A stretch of DNA of 64,000 nt from Octopus sinensis (GCF_006345805.1 NC_043002.1:96782001-96846000), one strand, 5' to 3'; shown: positions 39,244 through 53,367, numbered from the stretch's first letter. A program made the numbers and translations. The notes: generated by a model not told the origin, from the letters alone.

Positions 39244-39301
39244 ATGAATAGGCGTTATTGAAGTCGAACAGTGAATTATCTACTGGTCTTTCCACATATA
39301 T
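39244..39301 (-). other. Orphan candidate exon (58 nt); frame 0 reads IYVERPVDNSLFDFNNAYS
   Basis: Strong acceptor atttctttccctctccag and donor gtaagc; no homolog in the window. Confidence 0.4.
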
Positions 39302-40173
39302 CTGGAGAGGGAAAGAAATCATGTGACAGCATGTTTGATATAATTTGGTCTGAACTTGCTTTTGTATATTCATTATCACAACAAGGTAACAAGAAAAATG
39401 AGCGAATATGTCATCTTTCTTTAATGGAATAACGTTATATTAATATCAATGAAAAAGAATAGTTTCAATAAAAAAAATAGGTTTGAAACTGTATATATAA
39501 AACACAGTAACTGCTCACATAAATTTCAAAGCGTAAATAGCATCTGTCATAGAAAAACTTTCAGGGAAAACGCTTTCACACTGTCACATTATATTACTTT
39601 CACTTTCGTTTTGTTTTTAATGTTTTATTTACTTTTTGTCTGCTTCTTTCTTGTTATTTTAATTTTCTCAATGCAAATTTTTGAGCTCAGTTTTTGGTGA
39701 ACAAGTTCCCACTATACAAGCTGCTGTTCCCATTTTCTTTTCCTTTCATATCCCATTGCCTTTTCATGCTTTAAAGATGGAGTACTCTTTTAGAATACAT
39801 AGCTGCGACAAATAAAATTTAATCATAAAATAATAATTTTTTTTTTTTTAATGAATTTGCTTTTGAATTAGTTGATCTGAACTTTGTGAAATTATTTAAC
39901 ATATATTTTGATTTATTTGCACACTCATCTAATCAATTTGTTCTCTTTGTTTTCCTTCTCTGAACATTCTGTTAAACTATTTTCTGTTTCATTTCTTTCG
40001 AATACGAAAACTGGAACAGTGAAATTCTGAGTCAGGAAAATTGAAATTAATTTAATGTGTGTGTGTGTGAGTGTGTGTGTATGTGCGCGCGCATATATAT
40101 TTTATATTATTATTATTGTTGTTATTATTATTATTACTATTATTATTATTATTATTATTATCATTATTATTAT

Positions 40174-40208
<35 letters not shown>

Positions 40209-40227
40209 ATAGTAGTAGTAGTAGTAA

Positions 40228-40304
<77 letters not shown>

Positions 40305-40444
40305 ACAGCTGCAGATAGTTGCAGTAACAACTTCAAAATTGCAATTAGAATAGTTCCTATGATTATATTTATTCTAAATCTTAATTTTCTAAATTTTCAT
40401 TTCGGCTTCAGTTTTCTCACTCATTGGATATATATATATATATA

Positions 40445-41157
40445 TACTAGCTTAAGGTAACCCGCTCTACGCGTAGGTTGTTACTTTCTGTTGCTTCCTT
40501 TTCTCCCTCTTTGTTTCTCTATCCTTTCTTATTTTCCCACTCTCTTACTCTTCTTTTCTCTCGGACTTTCCCTCGCTTTCTCTTACTCTTTATCTTTCTC
40601 TATCTATCTTTCTACCATTTATAAAAAAATTAGATTTCCGCGTTGAAATTACAAAACCGCTTCCACTATACCTTGTTGAAAATTTGATAGAAATCGGGCA
40701 AAGAGTGTTCGATCTAGACCACCAGGTGTCCCCCAAAATAAAAGAAATCCCAGTTTTAACACCAAAGCAACCATTGTAGCGCCGCAAAACATCTCCCAAT
40801 CAATTTTCCCCCTTAAGTTACCCCTCCTGTAAATTTGAATCTCCTTCCAGTGCCATTTAGACCGCTTTTTACATAAAAATCTAATTTGTGTCTACGTTCG
40901 CCTTCTTCATTTTGTAGACAGGATTAGATGCCAAGCGCACCAATCTGGAGGGACTTAGGGCCCCCTTGAATCTTCTCACCATTGCAACCGCATCTTTCCA
41001 GATGGTGAGTTTTAACCAACTCCATTCTCTGCCTCATCACGCCTTCTATGCCTGTGTCAATTTTCAGCTCGATCTGACCACTGGTGTGGCCGCCAACCTT
41101 TGACGAACCAAAACGTGCACACAATTTTGACCCAAAGCCTCTTTTATATATATAGAT
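40445..41157 (+). mobile_element. Helitron-like non-autonomous element
   Basis: Begins tactagc...acccg, ends ttttatatatatagat; terminus style typical of invertebrate Helitron derivatives. Confidence 0.5.
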
Positions 41158-41704
41158 AGCAGAGAAACCCGGTCTTGCTGGGGATTAAAATAGTTTATCA
41201 TTGTTTTATTTGTTTCGGTAATATAACTCGATTTCATTCGGGTCTACGCGGGCCACACTTTAAAGATTAGGAATTTTGCCCTAGAGGCCACACCTTTCAA
41301 TTGAGCAAACTCAAAGTTGCCATGCAAACTCGCCAGGAATTTTAACATAGGTGTGCAAATTTCAAGCCGAATCCTATCCTACCATATTTACTAACACTTT
41401 TGCCTGTATAACTGCTTTTGAGACAACGTCTGTCCTTTTCACAAATATGTAGTAGGCCTACAGAGATAGCCGACCGTACTTGGGATTAAAATGGCATAAT
41501 TTTTTATTGTTTTACTTGTTTGGTTAATATAAGCCGATTTCATTCGGATGTAATCGGGCCACATTTTAAAAGATGCGGAATTTTGTCCTAGAGGTCACGC
41601 CTTTCATTTGAGGAAAAAATAGTTGCCATGCAAACTCACCAGCACTTTTAACATAGGTGTGCATATTTTCAGCTCAACCGACCACATAATCACATAATGC
41701 ACAC

Positions 41705-41741
<37 letters not shown>

Positions 41742-41749
<8 letters not shown>

Positions 41750-42568
41750 GTACATATATACGCATTATATATATATATATATATGTGTGGGTGTGGGTGT
41801 GTACGCATTATGTATACAAATGTAGACAAATTATATATATATATAATTAATGTAGGGTAAAATTTTTTTCGGGAAAAAAATTTCATCAATAGCCAGCATA
41901 TAAAAAAATACGAGTAAGTATTTCACTTATATCTCGCGTATTTGCCGCTGAAGAGGAGAAAATTCTTATGAAAATAAACTCCGAATTTGGTCCAGTAGGG
42001 TATTAACGAATTTTTTAGAAATATCTATCGGTTTTTTTTCGGGACGCAGAAATTATAACGGTTAATTGACAATTTTTGTCTTGTTTTCGGCATATTTGGC
42101 ATTAGAATTTTTCTTTTGCCCTTATATATATATATTATATATATATAATATATATAATATATAATTATATATATATATATATATATGTATATGTACATAT
42201 ATACGCATTATATATATATATATATAATGTGTGGGTGTGGGTGTGTACGCATTATGTATACAAATGTAGACAAATTATATATATATATATAATTAATGTA
42301 GGGTAAAATTTTTTTCGGGAAAAAAATTTCATCAATAGCCAGCATATAAAAAAATACGAGTAAGTATTTCACTTATATCTCGCGTATTTGCCGCTGAAGA
42401 GGAGAAAATTCTTATGAAAATAAACTCCGAATTTGGTCCAGTAGGGTATTAACGAATTTTTTAGAAATATCTATCGGTTTTTTTTCGGGACGCAGAAATT
42501 ATAACGGTTAATTGACAATTTTTGTCTTGTTTTCGGCATATTTGGCATTAGAATTTTTCTTTTGCCCT

Positions 42569-42572
<4 letters not shown>
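41742..42572. repeat. Direct tandem duplication of ~385 bp, units separated by (TA)n
   Basis: 41742-42125 is essentially identical to 42185-42572. Confidence 0.92.
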
Positions 42573-42606
<34 letters not shown>

Positions 42607-42947
42607 ATATAATATATATATATATACAAATATATACACTTTGTATATACATTATATATACATTGTTATATATAGATACAGACACACACATACACACACA
42701 TACACACACATATATAAATTAACCCAATAAATATCTGATTCATAATATTTGTTCTCATTATTGTGTGGTGGGGGTGGCGATAATAAAAATCTCTATGAAT
42801 GCAGACAGACGTACAGAGAGAGAGAGAGAGAGAGAGAGAAGGCGGCAGGGGAAGTATAGTAGTAGGTGTCAAACGTCGTTATAGAGAGAAAGTGATGGGA
42901 AGGGAGGAAAGAGAGAGAGAGAGACGGGGTAAGACGTAGTTTATGCT

Positions 42948-44480
42948 TACACGTGCATAAACTAAGAATATGAAAATGAAACTAATAAATTATAGTAACT
43001 AAGGAATTTATATTCAATTATAAATATTTAGGGGTGGAAAAAGTATTCGTATAGAACATAAATAACTGATAATTCTGATTTAATACTTCTTAGCATAACC
43101 ATTATTCAGTTCCACTTCAACCAATCTCTTCTTGCAGTTCTTAATCAATGACTCGCATGTTTCTTTAGGGATTTTTTCCCATTCTTCTTGACAAATTTTA
43201 TTCAAATCTGTAATGCACGTTGGGGCTCTTGAATGAATTTTAATTTTCAGATAATGCCACAAATTTTCAATGGGGTTCAAGTCGGGTGACTGGCTTGGCC
43301 ATTCTATTAATTTTATATTGTGATTGACAATCCATTTTTTGGTAGACTTCGCGTGTGCTTAGGGTCGTTATCCTGTTGTAAAACCCACCTTCACAAAGCT
43401 GGAGCTTTTCTACAGAGTCCCATAAATTATTGTTCAAAATATTTTGGTACATGTCTGCATTCATTTTACCATCTATCACATGTAACTTGCCAGTACCATT
43501 TGCAGAGAAGCACCCCCACACCATGATGTTGCCAACTCCAAACTTTATGTTAGGAATTGTGTATTTCGGCGGATAGGCAGTCCAATCTTTCCTCCAAACA
43601 TGGCTACGCGAATTTCGTCCAAACAATTCAATTTTCGACTCGTCTGTCCATTGAAAATTTTCCCAGAATGTATAGATTTATCCTTATGTTCATAACCAAA
43701 TTTTAATCGGGCATCTCTATGCCTTTTAGTCAACAGCGGAGTATTTGTAGGAGAGCGTCACTTCAGTCCATTCGTATGAAGTTCATTGCTGATTGTTCGT
43801 AGTGTAACACTAGTCCCTGAAGCTAACAAATCTTCTTGCAACTCCTTCCTGGTGATCATTGCGTTTTTTCGATTCTTCGCTTCATTTTTCTTAAAGATCT
43901 GGGGGAAATCTTGCGTGGTGCACCGGATCTTATTCTGTTTTCAACAGTTCCCAATTTTTTTTTCATATCTTTAAATAAATGAAGATATGGTAGAAAATGG
44001 GATACAAAGGGTCTCTGATATTTTCCTGATATTTTCCTGTAACTTTTACCTGCTTTCCACTGTTCAATAATTAAGTTTTTCACTGTATTTGTGAGTTCTT
44101 TACTTTTCACCATTATTACGATAGTACTTTATGTTGTCTCAGGGCTTAATGAAGAAGCTAGCGTTTTGACACTTAAAAATGACAACTGATAAGATTATTG
44201 GAACAAACGAGAAAGTTCTAGTAAAAATAAAATTATTTTAACAGTATTTTGTGGCATAGAAAATCATAAATTTATTCTTCACGAATACTTTTTTCACCGC
44301 TAAATATTTATAATTGTATATAAATTCATTAGTTACTATAATTTATTAGTTTCTTTTGCATATTCTAAGTTTATGCATGTGTATGTAAATATAGTATTGG
44401 TATATCCCATTTATTTTCATTAGAAATTAAATAAAAAAAGAATTTTGACATGTACGAATATTTATTTTCCCCCACTGTAT
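42948..44480 (-). mobile_element. Tc1-family DNA transposon, degenerate transposase, long IR/DR-type TIRs
   Basis: Transposase fragments 43080-44113: MVKSKEL HTH start, NIMVWGCFSANGTGKL, NPIENLW; 42948-43050 is the reverse complement of 44281-44385; outer end ccactgta at 44471-44478. Confidence 0.93.
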
Positions 44481-45659
44481 ATATTATTTGAATAAAGTAA
44501 TATATAAAGTAATATATATAATGATAAATATCGTGCTTTCCATAAGATGCCTTAACGCTAATAGTAAGGTTCTTACCATTTATTATGAAAGCGCTTGTGA
44601 TTTCTCCAGCCCTCATAAAATATCTGTTTATCTAAATACAGTTTAGAGAACAATAAAAGAGAAATGATGAACGCCACAAACAAAATATATGCGAACATTA
44701 AGTCATCTGTTTTATTGTAATATGATCAATGAGGCAGCAAGCTTACAGTCAGCTAATTGTCAGTGTGGTGGACAAAATGTTTATTATCATTTGTTCCGGC
44801 TCCTGAAGTTCAACGTCCTTGAAAATAGACTTCGCATTTCATTTTCTGAGGATCGGTAAGGAAACTAGTACTTGAGCGCTAGGGTAGATTTAATTGGGCC
44901 AAATTTATAGCATATCAATGGGAATTTCTCTGACGGCAAGTTACATTAATATACCATATCCCTCTGATATCTATTGCGTTTTTAACACAGCACTTCCATA
45001 ATAAACGTTATCCTGTAAAATATACTGTATTAACTGGACTGTCGGCTGTGTGTATAAGTTAAGTATGAAATAAACTAACAGTTTTACTTGTTTAAGGTTT
45101 TTGTTGTCAATGAACTCCGTCTCAAATTTAGCCAAGTTAATTAAAATATATATCGGGCTGGGTGGAAACGTATTTTTGCAATCCATAATAGTATGCTCAT
45201 ATGATATTTAGATAACATAAAATATGTGGCTTCTGTGCATTTCATGAGACTGTTGTTGTCTTCATAGCACAACAGATAGCTTTGGATGACGCAGACAAGC
45301 CAAATGTTTTCCCTGCAAACATCTTGTAAAACTGCGCTACAAACTTCAGTGAGATATTTACAGCAATGATGATCACATTTTTCGACAACAGCATTCCTAT
45401 CATCTGCTTTATGCATTGCACTGAACAGTTCTTATACAATATCTACCATCTTAAAATTCTCGCTAAAATAAATCTGCTTTTCTCCCTTTTTTACTAATCA
45501 TTCTTCCTGCAACGCTTCTAGTGAGCAAGAAAGGCAGCATTTTATCGACCAAGCTTCATTAAACTGTGTCATCTTCAGTCATGCAATAAGCACAAAAATG
45601 GTTAATGTCATGCACCACTTTCACCTCGCACATCGAGAAATTTCAAGTGATACTTAATA

Positions 45660-46020
45660 GGGAAAAAATGTCGGCGGTTGCCTGGTTCGCCTACATCGGA
45701 TATACACTCTCAAGAGAAGTGATCAATGACGAAGCGGTCAATAGCTGGATCTGCAAAACTGTTGCTGACGTAAGCAAACTGCGAGAAAATGGTTGGGCAT
45801 GCAGGTTGTCGTCTCTACTATCCTATATACCCGAACCTCAATCCTCTTCCCGCACATCTGATTTCAGGACAGGATATCTAAGACTGGGTTAGTTCGGCTG
45901 AGCAAAACACCAATCTTGTACACTTCTCTAAAGAAAGCCTATGTAAGATTAAGTGGGCATAACATGGGTATGCCAGGCTATCACATTCCAAATTCGCTGC
46001 TTTATGGAAGACCGCATTAA
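45660..46020 (+). pseudogene. RTE-clade LINE ORF2 C-terminal remnant
   Basis: FAYIGYTLSREVINDEAVNSWICK and RLSGHNMGMPGYHIPNSLLYG resemble RTE motifs F.YLGS and LRW.GH..RM...R.PK.LLYG. Confidence 0.65.
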
Positions 46021-46813
46021 AAAAAACGCACTTTTGAATGAAAGGGATAACGTTCATGGACTGTCAAAATTTATTTCTAAAAGGTCACAGTATTGTAGTT
46101 GACTCATGTGAGATGGCTGGCCAAAATTAACACAAGCACAGTTTGATTCACCAAGATGTTCAAATATCTAAAAGGAAAAGCACTGTTGCTGAGAAGGTTT
46201 GACTCCACAAAGATAAGCTTCAGCTGCCGCTATCTTATATTCAGCATCTTATATGTATATGTGTATGCCTTACATATAGGATAATATTTCTGTCTAGGAT
46301 AGGTTCCCATAATTCTCCTTGAAGCTCACCACACCAAATTTGAAGCCAATTCTTGTCTATTAATGACAAAAAAGAACGAAGATCTCGATGAGTCAACGCG
46401 TCTGGTTTATATTTTTGCTTTATTTTTCGTCTGACCATCGGTATCGTTGAAAGATTTGGTTAAGGAAAATAATAGTTGGGATCTTTTCACAACAAATGTG
46501 ATTCTAAAAACAAATCTACACAATGATTTTCATCCGAACGGAACGTTTCCGGAAATGTGGACAGTTTGAAAAGTATCTATTACGCAATTACGCCGTACCA
46601 CATTTTTTCTGAATAATCTCCCAACAGCACACACATACATGTATATTTAAGGAAATCTTAAGAGGTTTCACCACATACACGCACATATTCACAGCCACAC
46701 ACACATAAGTACGTATGCATGTACGTATAAATGCACGATGAGATCATGATTTATTGACATTTATTTAGTTGTTGTCAGAGAGAATAAACGGTATAGAATA
46801 TCAAATGTTCCAG

Positions 46814-46881
46814 TTAACATTCATCCAGTTTCTTATAATTGAATTTCCTCCGTTTACTGAGAATTTCGCCCACATTGCAAA
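46814..46881 (-). CDS. Paralog 3 terminal exon D (68 nt): (V)CNVGEILSKRRKFNYKKLDEC*
   Basis: Acceptor ctatttcattttgcag; same length and C-x19-C* as paralog 2; AATAAA at ~46750 and ~46760. Confidence 0.9.
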
Positions 46882-47928
46882 CTGCAAAATGAAATAGTAA
46901 ATGAAAACGCAATGTTATTTAACATATTAATTGATGGAGACAGCAAATATTTTTTCAATATAAACTAAATTTACAATAATAAAGAAAGATCATTATTTTT
47001 GATGACATATAATACGCCCTCTTTTTCGGCACACGTCTCAAAAAATTATCCCAGGTCCTATATGTGAAGTTGAGCCTTCCATAAAATTTAATGCACTAAA
47101 GCTTTCAATTTTTTCACTTATTTTCCTGAACGTCAGCTGCTGAATTTGGGGTAGGTCCTTTCAGCCTTTAAATAGAGCAAATATTCTCCAGTTGGTTGTA
47201 TAGTTTATTACGGCTTAATTCAATAAATGTAATTGTCAAAATGTATTAAGCGCAATGGAGTAGTGTCTGATGAATTGAACTTGATGAATTGAACTTGATG
47301 AATTGAACTTGTACGTTATCTGGCGCAATGAACTGATTAATAAACGTTGATTGCAAATACATTGTAGTATATTACCATTCATTTATCTTTTCTTTGTTTG
47401 ATCTATAAAATTCTTAGAATAGAAATATTAGTTTCTATTTGGGTTGAATTACTCCGGCCCTTCGTCATAACAGATTTGGTGCGGAAGAAATTCAACATGA
47501 ATCGAAATAACGTCGTGTATCTAAAAAGAGGTAGCAAGTTCGGAGGAGGGAGTAATTCAATTAGGTTGACCCGAATAATAAGCTGGTGCTTATTTTATCG
47601 ACCCCGAAAGGATGAAAGGCACAGTCGACATCGGCGAAAATTTTAACTCGGGACCTAATGACGGACGAAATGATGCTTAGTATTCTGCTAGGAGTGCTAA
47701 CGATTCTTCCAGGTTGTCGACTATGTATCTAGTATGATTAAGAACATCATAACTGAACTAGAAGCATCTAAATCAAATGAGATCCATATATTAAAATTAT
47801 AGGGTATATTTTAATTCCCTAAATTTATTTTCCGAACTAGATAGAAATAGAACACATTCCTGGCAAAATATTTCTTACCGTCCCAAAGAAGCCAATCACA
47901 AACCAGCTTATAATGTTGCTCATATTCT

Positions 47929-48355
47929 TTTCTACTCAAGGCACAAGGCCTGAAATTGGGGGGAGGGGGCCAGTCGATTAGATCGGCCCTAGTATGCAAC
48001 TGGTATTTTATTTATCGACCCCGTAAAGATGAAAGGCAAAGTCGACCACGGCGGAATTTGAACTCAGAACGAAAAGACAGACCAAATACCGCTAAGCATT
48101 TCGCCCGGCATGTTTACGTTTCTTTTTTGTTTATCGCCCACAAGGGGCTAAACATTAAGGGGACAAACAAGGACAGACAAAGGGATTAAATTGATTACAT
48201 TGACTCCAGTGCGTAACTGGTACTTAATTTATCGACCCCGAAAGGATGAAAGGCAAAGTCGTCCTCGACAGAATTTGAACTCAGAGCGTAACGGCAGACG
48301 AAATATCGCGAATAATTTCGCCCGGCTTGCTAACTTTTCTGCCAACTCGCCGCCT
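47929..48355 (-). mobile_element. Composite SINE family B insertion with 18-bp TSD
   Basis: taatgttgctcatattct (47911-47928) and taatgctgctcatattct (48356-48373) flank two core-containing units. Confidence 0.8.
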
Positions 48356-48910
48356 TAATGCTGCTCATATTCTAACCGAGCAATTGTGATTATTTTCATA
48401 GACTGGATTAATGGAATTAGAAAGACTCCAGAAACTGGTGAAATGCAGGAAGTTAATTTTGCTCTTAAAATGTTGACAGTTAAATGGTTCAGGAAAAATG
48501 TACTTGAAACTACAGAAGTCTGACGTCATGGGAGAAAAGGACTAGGATTCGCAGATAGTTCTGTGTCGGAGGAGAGACGAATGCATCAGATGTAACATAA
48601 GACCAACTGGAGATGTTAGTATGTGAACAAGCTGTTCAAAGACAGATTTTGTAAACAGGAGCTTGCAAGAATAAGTATACAGAAAGTATCACATCAAATG
48701 TTAGAATATTTAATTCATGAAAATTAATAGCACATTTAATTAGTAAGCCTCATTTTTGATATTTTCCGTATCATTTATCATAATACATTTTTCATAACTA
48801 TAATAATAATTTTATCGTAACATTTAATAATTTTGATAAAAATAAATGAGCAATGACCGTATTTTCTTTTTTCTTAACTGTATACCAACTTTTGCACGAC
48901 CCTGTATATA

Positions 48911-49024
<114 letters not shown>

Positions 49025-49302
49025 ATATAAATCCTTAAATACTTAGAAATGTTTTAGCCCGAAATAAAAATTTACCATCATTTTTGCTCATTTTTAATGC
49101 ATTTTTTTTGCTATTATATAAGGGAAGTAACTCTCTAAAAATGTATCATTGAATCTTAGAACGTAAAAAGCTACAGTAACACCCCACTTTGTGGTTAGCC
49201 ATATTGAGATTGCTATTATACTTTACATCTCTAAAAATGCTTATATAGTTATTTCCCTCACAAAGCCGAGCAACGCCGGGCGATACTGCTAATATATATA
49301 TA

Positions 49303-49352
<50 letters not shown>

Positions 49353-49505
49353 ATATAATATATATATTAAACTTAAATGTTGAAGTGAATCGAACGGCTT
49401 TTGTGTGTTTCTTAACTGGCTTACAAACACCTTCCACGCTGCAATTGTTTTCGTTTCAGCACACGATTTCAGATCAAATCACTTGCTATGCAGGTACATC
49501 TCCGA

Positions 49506-49538
<33 letters not shown>

Positions 49539-51075
49539 ACAATAAAATTTATAATTATAAGCATTATTATAATTAGGATTCAGCAAAATTTGCTTCACCA
49601 CATACCGAAATTTAGAAATAGCAGTTAAACGCTATTCCACTACCATTTGATTGTTTAGTTTTAACTACTTATGTGGTCCATCCCGATATTAATGGTTTTG
49701 ATCTAACATTTATTTAATTACGAGGATATAATTGTATTACCTTTGATCAATAATAAATTACGTGTTATGTATAGGGGTACATACATATGATATTGAATAA
49801 CTTTGGATTAATATTAAATAACCATCTTATATCAGTAAATGGATAGGGATTAATGCAGAATTAAAATATGAATAGTAACCGATTTGAGTAACATTAAAAT
49901 TGTATATCGATCTCTAAAATATCAACAATAATAAACTTAAACTAGAAGATAATATATGGTCAGATACAGAATATTTTGTTTTTATTATGGTATTTTATAC
50001 AACTTAACCTTTGCAACGAGTTTAATTGGGGAGGCGTAAAGGCTGATGTTAAGTTGACTATATGGATTTGCATTATAGTAAGGGTATATTTACACGGTGA
50101 ATTTGATTTTTATATCTTTCGTAAATTTCTTCCAATTCCTTTACCATAAATCTTGTCAAATGTGTATTACATAGTTTCTATTTCTTTCGAAAGCTTTGTC
50201 TGAACATTTTCCAATCTTTGCCAAATATATAATCCTAACGTATAATACCCTTTTAGGCCATTTATTATATATTAGGAATTAGCACAGTTTTCACTTTAAA
50301 TGGTTTATATTATTATTTTTTTAGTTATTAGTATGTATATATATATGTATATGTGTATGTGGGTGTTTATAAGTATATGTATATGTGTATATGGATATGT
50401 ACGTATGTATGTATGTATTTATGTGCATATGCTTATCTATGTGTATGTGTGCATGTGCGCATTTATGTACGTATGTACGTATGTGTATTTTAACCAACCA
50501 ACCGTAACTAAGACAATGAAATTCAAATGTGCCAACCAATTGGATTTAGCTTGAGATTGTAAATAATCTCTCCCCTACCTCCGTAAGATTTTTAACCACT
50601 GTAATACTGTATTGATAATACTGTAAGCATAGCTCGTTACGGCCTATATCTTACCTCTTGTTCCGTGAACTCTACGTATGTACATGCATATATCTTTTGT
50701 ATGATGTAAAAGGATAAAATCTCTTTATATATGTATATGTATTAGTTGATGTTTTTACGCATGTATGTATATGCATATACATCTATTTGTTACCTGTGTG
50801 TATATATATGTATGCAGATTAAGAATGAAGTTTCGACTTTGACTGTATGATATATGAATATAATGGCAATATCTGTTACATTATTTGTTGAATTAATGTG
50901 CTTGCATCTTCCATAAACATCTGTCTATATATTATGTTATACTATATTATATATGTAATATACAATATATTATATTATATTATAATACACTATATTATAT
51001 TATACTATATGTTATGTGATATTTTCCATCTACTATTTATTGTGATTAGCATAATACACATATTCCATTATTGGT

Positions 51076-51140
<65 letters not shown>

Positions 51141-51409
51141 TATTAATAGGTTTGGCAATTTAATATAATGAACTTTGGACTTTGTATATGTACCCATTGA
51201 TGTGGATGTATTTGTATACTCCAATATATATATTTGATTATCTGTAACCCTATGTGTATGAATATTATTATTTATATATATACTTATATATATGTATATA
51301 TATGTATATACACTTATATATATATGTATATATATATATTCTTGTGTATGTGTATTTTGTTTCATATTTCTATTTGCATTTTACATTTTTATAATTTTTG
51401 TACTTTATA

Positions 51410-51530
51410 ATCTCTGACGAGGCCTTGGATATATAGCTAACTCATTTTCAAGTGCATATTACCTCAATAAATATGACTAATATAGGCACAATGAGATATC
51501 TTTATCTACAGACTGAAACAGCTGTAAGAT
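51410..51530 (+). ncRNA. Type I hammerhead-ribozyme-like motif with long stem II insertion
   Basis: atct-CTGACGA-ggcc...gact-GAAAC-agct-GTA-agat; stem II pairing imperfect. Confidence 0.5.
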
Positions 51531-51717
51531 CCATTTCATATGTGTTATTTTTATGGTATTATCTTACTTATTGATGTATATTGTTAGATTCTGTTTTATT
51601 CTGTTGGATTTGGATGTTCCTATTTAAGTAGTTAATAAATAATATAAATTGGTATTATCTGTAAGTTGATGATTGAAAAGAATCTGTTCCTCCATTTTCT
51701 TTTCCATTTGTATATAT

Positions 51718-51754
<37 letters not shown>

Positions 51755-51805
51755 GAACACATACTCATACATACTCATGAAAGAGTAAATTTTATATATA
51801 CATAC

Positions 51806-51937
51806 CTACATCATATTGTATATTTAGCTTTATATCATCTTTATACACCTTGCAGTAAAATGCAACACAACGATGTTTTTGCAGACCGAATCGAAAGTCA
51901 CCAGCGCTCAGGCATTTTCCATCGTTATCTATACAGT
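51806..51937 (-). CDS. Paralog 3 exon C (132 nt): (N)CIDNDGKCLSAGDFRFGLQKHRCVAFYCKVYKDDIKLNIQYDV
   Basis: Acceptor tcaatttctcag, donor AG|gtatgt; aligns with paralog 2 exon C (C.D.DG.CLS...F.FG....RCV..YCKV). Confidence 0.92.
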
Positions 51938-52029
51938 CTGAGAAATTGATTGAATGAATTGCTTTTGGTGTAGACGGTTACACGCATGAACATGTATTTA
52001 ACATATGCAAAAAACAAACTGATGTTTGA

Positions 52030-52064
52030 TGATGATGATATGATGATGATATTGATGATGATAT

Positions 52065-52107
<43 letters not shown>

Positions 52108-52237
52108 ATTGATGATGATGATGGTGGTGGTAGTGGTGGTGGTGCTGGTGGTGCTGGTGCTGGTGGTGCTGGTGGTGCTGGTGGTTGTAGATGATGATGA
52201 AGACGACGACGATGACGGCGATGATAATAATGACTAC

Positions 52238-52283
<46 letters not shown>

Positions 52284-52380
52284 CTGATGATTATGATGAC
52301 GGTGATGATGATGATGATGATGATGATGATAATGACAATGATGATGAAGATATTGATGATAACGATGATGATGATGCCGA
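52030..52380. repeat. (GAT)n/(GGT)n compound microsatellite in the paralog 3 intron B-C
   Basis: Direct reading. Confidence 0.93.
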
Positions 52381-52451
52381 TGGTGTAAGAGAAACGAACT
52401 GCAAACTGCTTTACGCATTATATGAGGGAAGAAATTCTCGTTTGCACTTAC

Positions 52452-52574
52452 TTTTGTACATAATTAGGAGTTGGTACAACACGCACATTATTTTCAAACA
52501 CTCACCCTTGGATATATAAAAACCATACGTATTATTGCAAATGCATTTCCCCTTATGTCGACATCCGCTACATG
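52452..52574 (-). CDS. Paralog 3 exon B (123 nt): (P)CSGCRHKGKCICNNTYGFYISKGECLKIMCVLYQLLIMYK
   Basis: Acceptor tttacttttgtatag, donor gtaagt; C-x2-C-x5-C-x-C-x12-C-x4-C. Confidence 0.9.
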
Positions 52575-53276
52575 CTATACAAAAGTAAATGCATTCATGA
52601 ATGATAAAATAGAGAAATACATTTGTCAATAATAAAAGAAAATAATTGAGATTTCGTTATTCTAAAAGTGGCTGTATCAGTGTTTAATTGAAGTAATGGT
52701 TGGATTTAATTCAGTCATAATTAGAATATGGGACGTCAGAAAATAATAGCAGCGACTCCATCAATTTCTAGGGATATCTGAAGAAGGAACTATATTCCGA
52801 AATATTATATCAGACTACGGGTGATTAAATTTATTATAGTCCATTCTATTCTTTGCATCATAATGCATTGTTGTGCCATTCAAAATATTTTCTTCCTTAC
52901 AAAATATATTAGAAATTAGGCGAAAGTTCTTGATTGATACAATGTTTCAAAGTTACGACGTGAAAAAATATTTTGGTTGGTGTGTTATTTGCACAGATAG
53001 AGAGAGAAAAGAATTTAGAATCGATTTATGGAGAGAGAAAAACAGAAAGAGAAAGAGACCGAGAGAGAAGCAGACAAGCAGACAGAAAGACAGAAAGACA
53101 GACAGACACATTGTTAGACAGAGAGCAATGAAAGAGTTGGATATCGTCATCTAGAAGAGAAGAGTGATGGAGAGAGAGAGAGAGAGACATAGAAACTTGA
53201 GTTTTCTTATATCAAAAAAAAATATATTTCCAATACATCATACCGAAACCTAACAATTAAAATTCTTTAAACCTAC

Positions 53277-53367
53277 GTTTTAGATGTCCTTGTGCTTGTG
53301 CAAAACTGGCAACTGCATTTACATCGGCTACTATACTGGAAATAACTAGAAGTAAATACAAGGCTAT
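53277..53367 (-). CDS. Paralog 3 signal-peptide exon (91 nt, phase 0-1): IALYLLLVISSIVADVNAVASFAQAQGHLK
   Basis: Acceptor ctgtttttcttctattcacatacag, donor gtaggt; hydrophobic core followed by V-N-A; phase matches exon B. Confidence 0.75.

Noticed and set aside
44971-45439. Minus-strand ORFs with vague RT-like character
   Set aside because: No diagnostic motif could be aligned with confidence
46241-46438. Minus-strand ORF MVRRKIKQKY...
   Set aside because: Upstream stops, no usable acceptor and no recognisable motif
53365-53367. ATA at the paralog 3 signal-exon start as a mutated or A-to-I-restored start codon
   Set aside because: A phase-compatible upstream exon supplying ATG (59721-59787) is the simpler explanation
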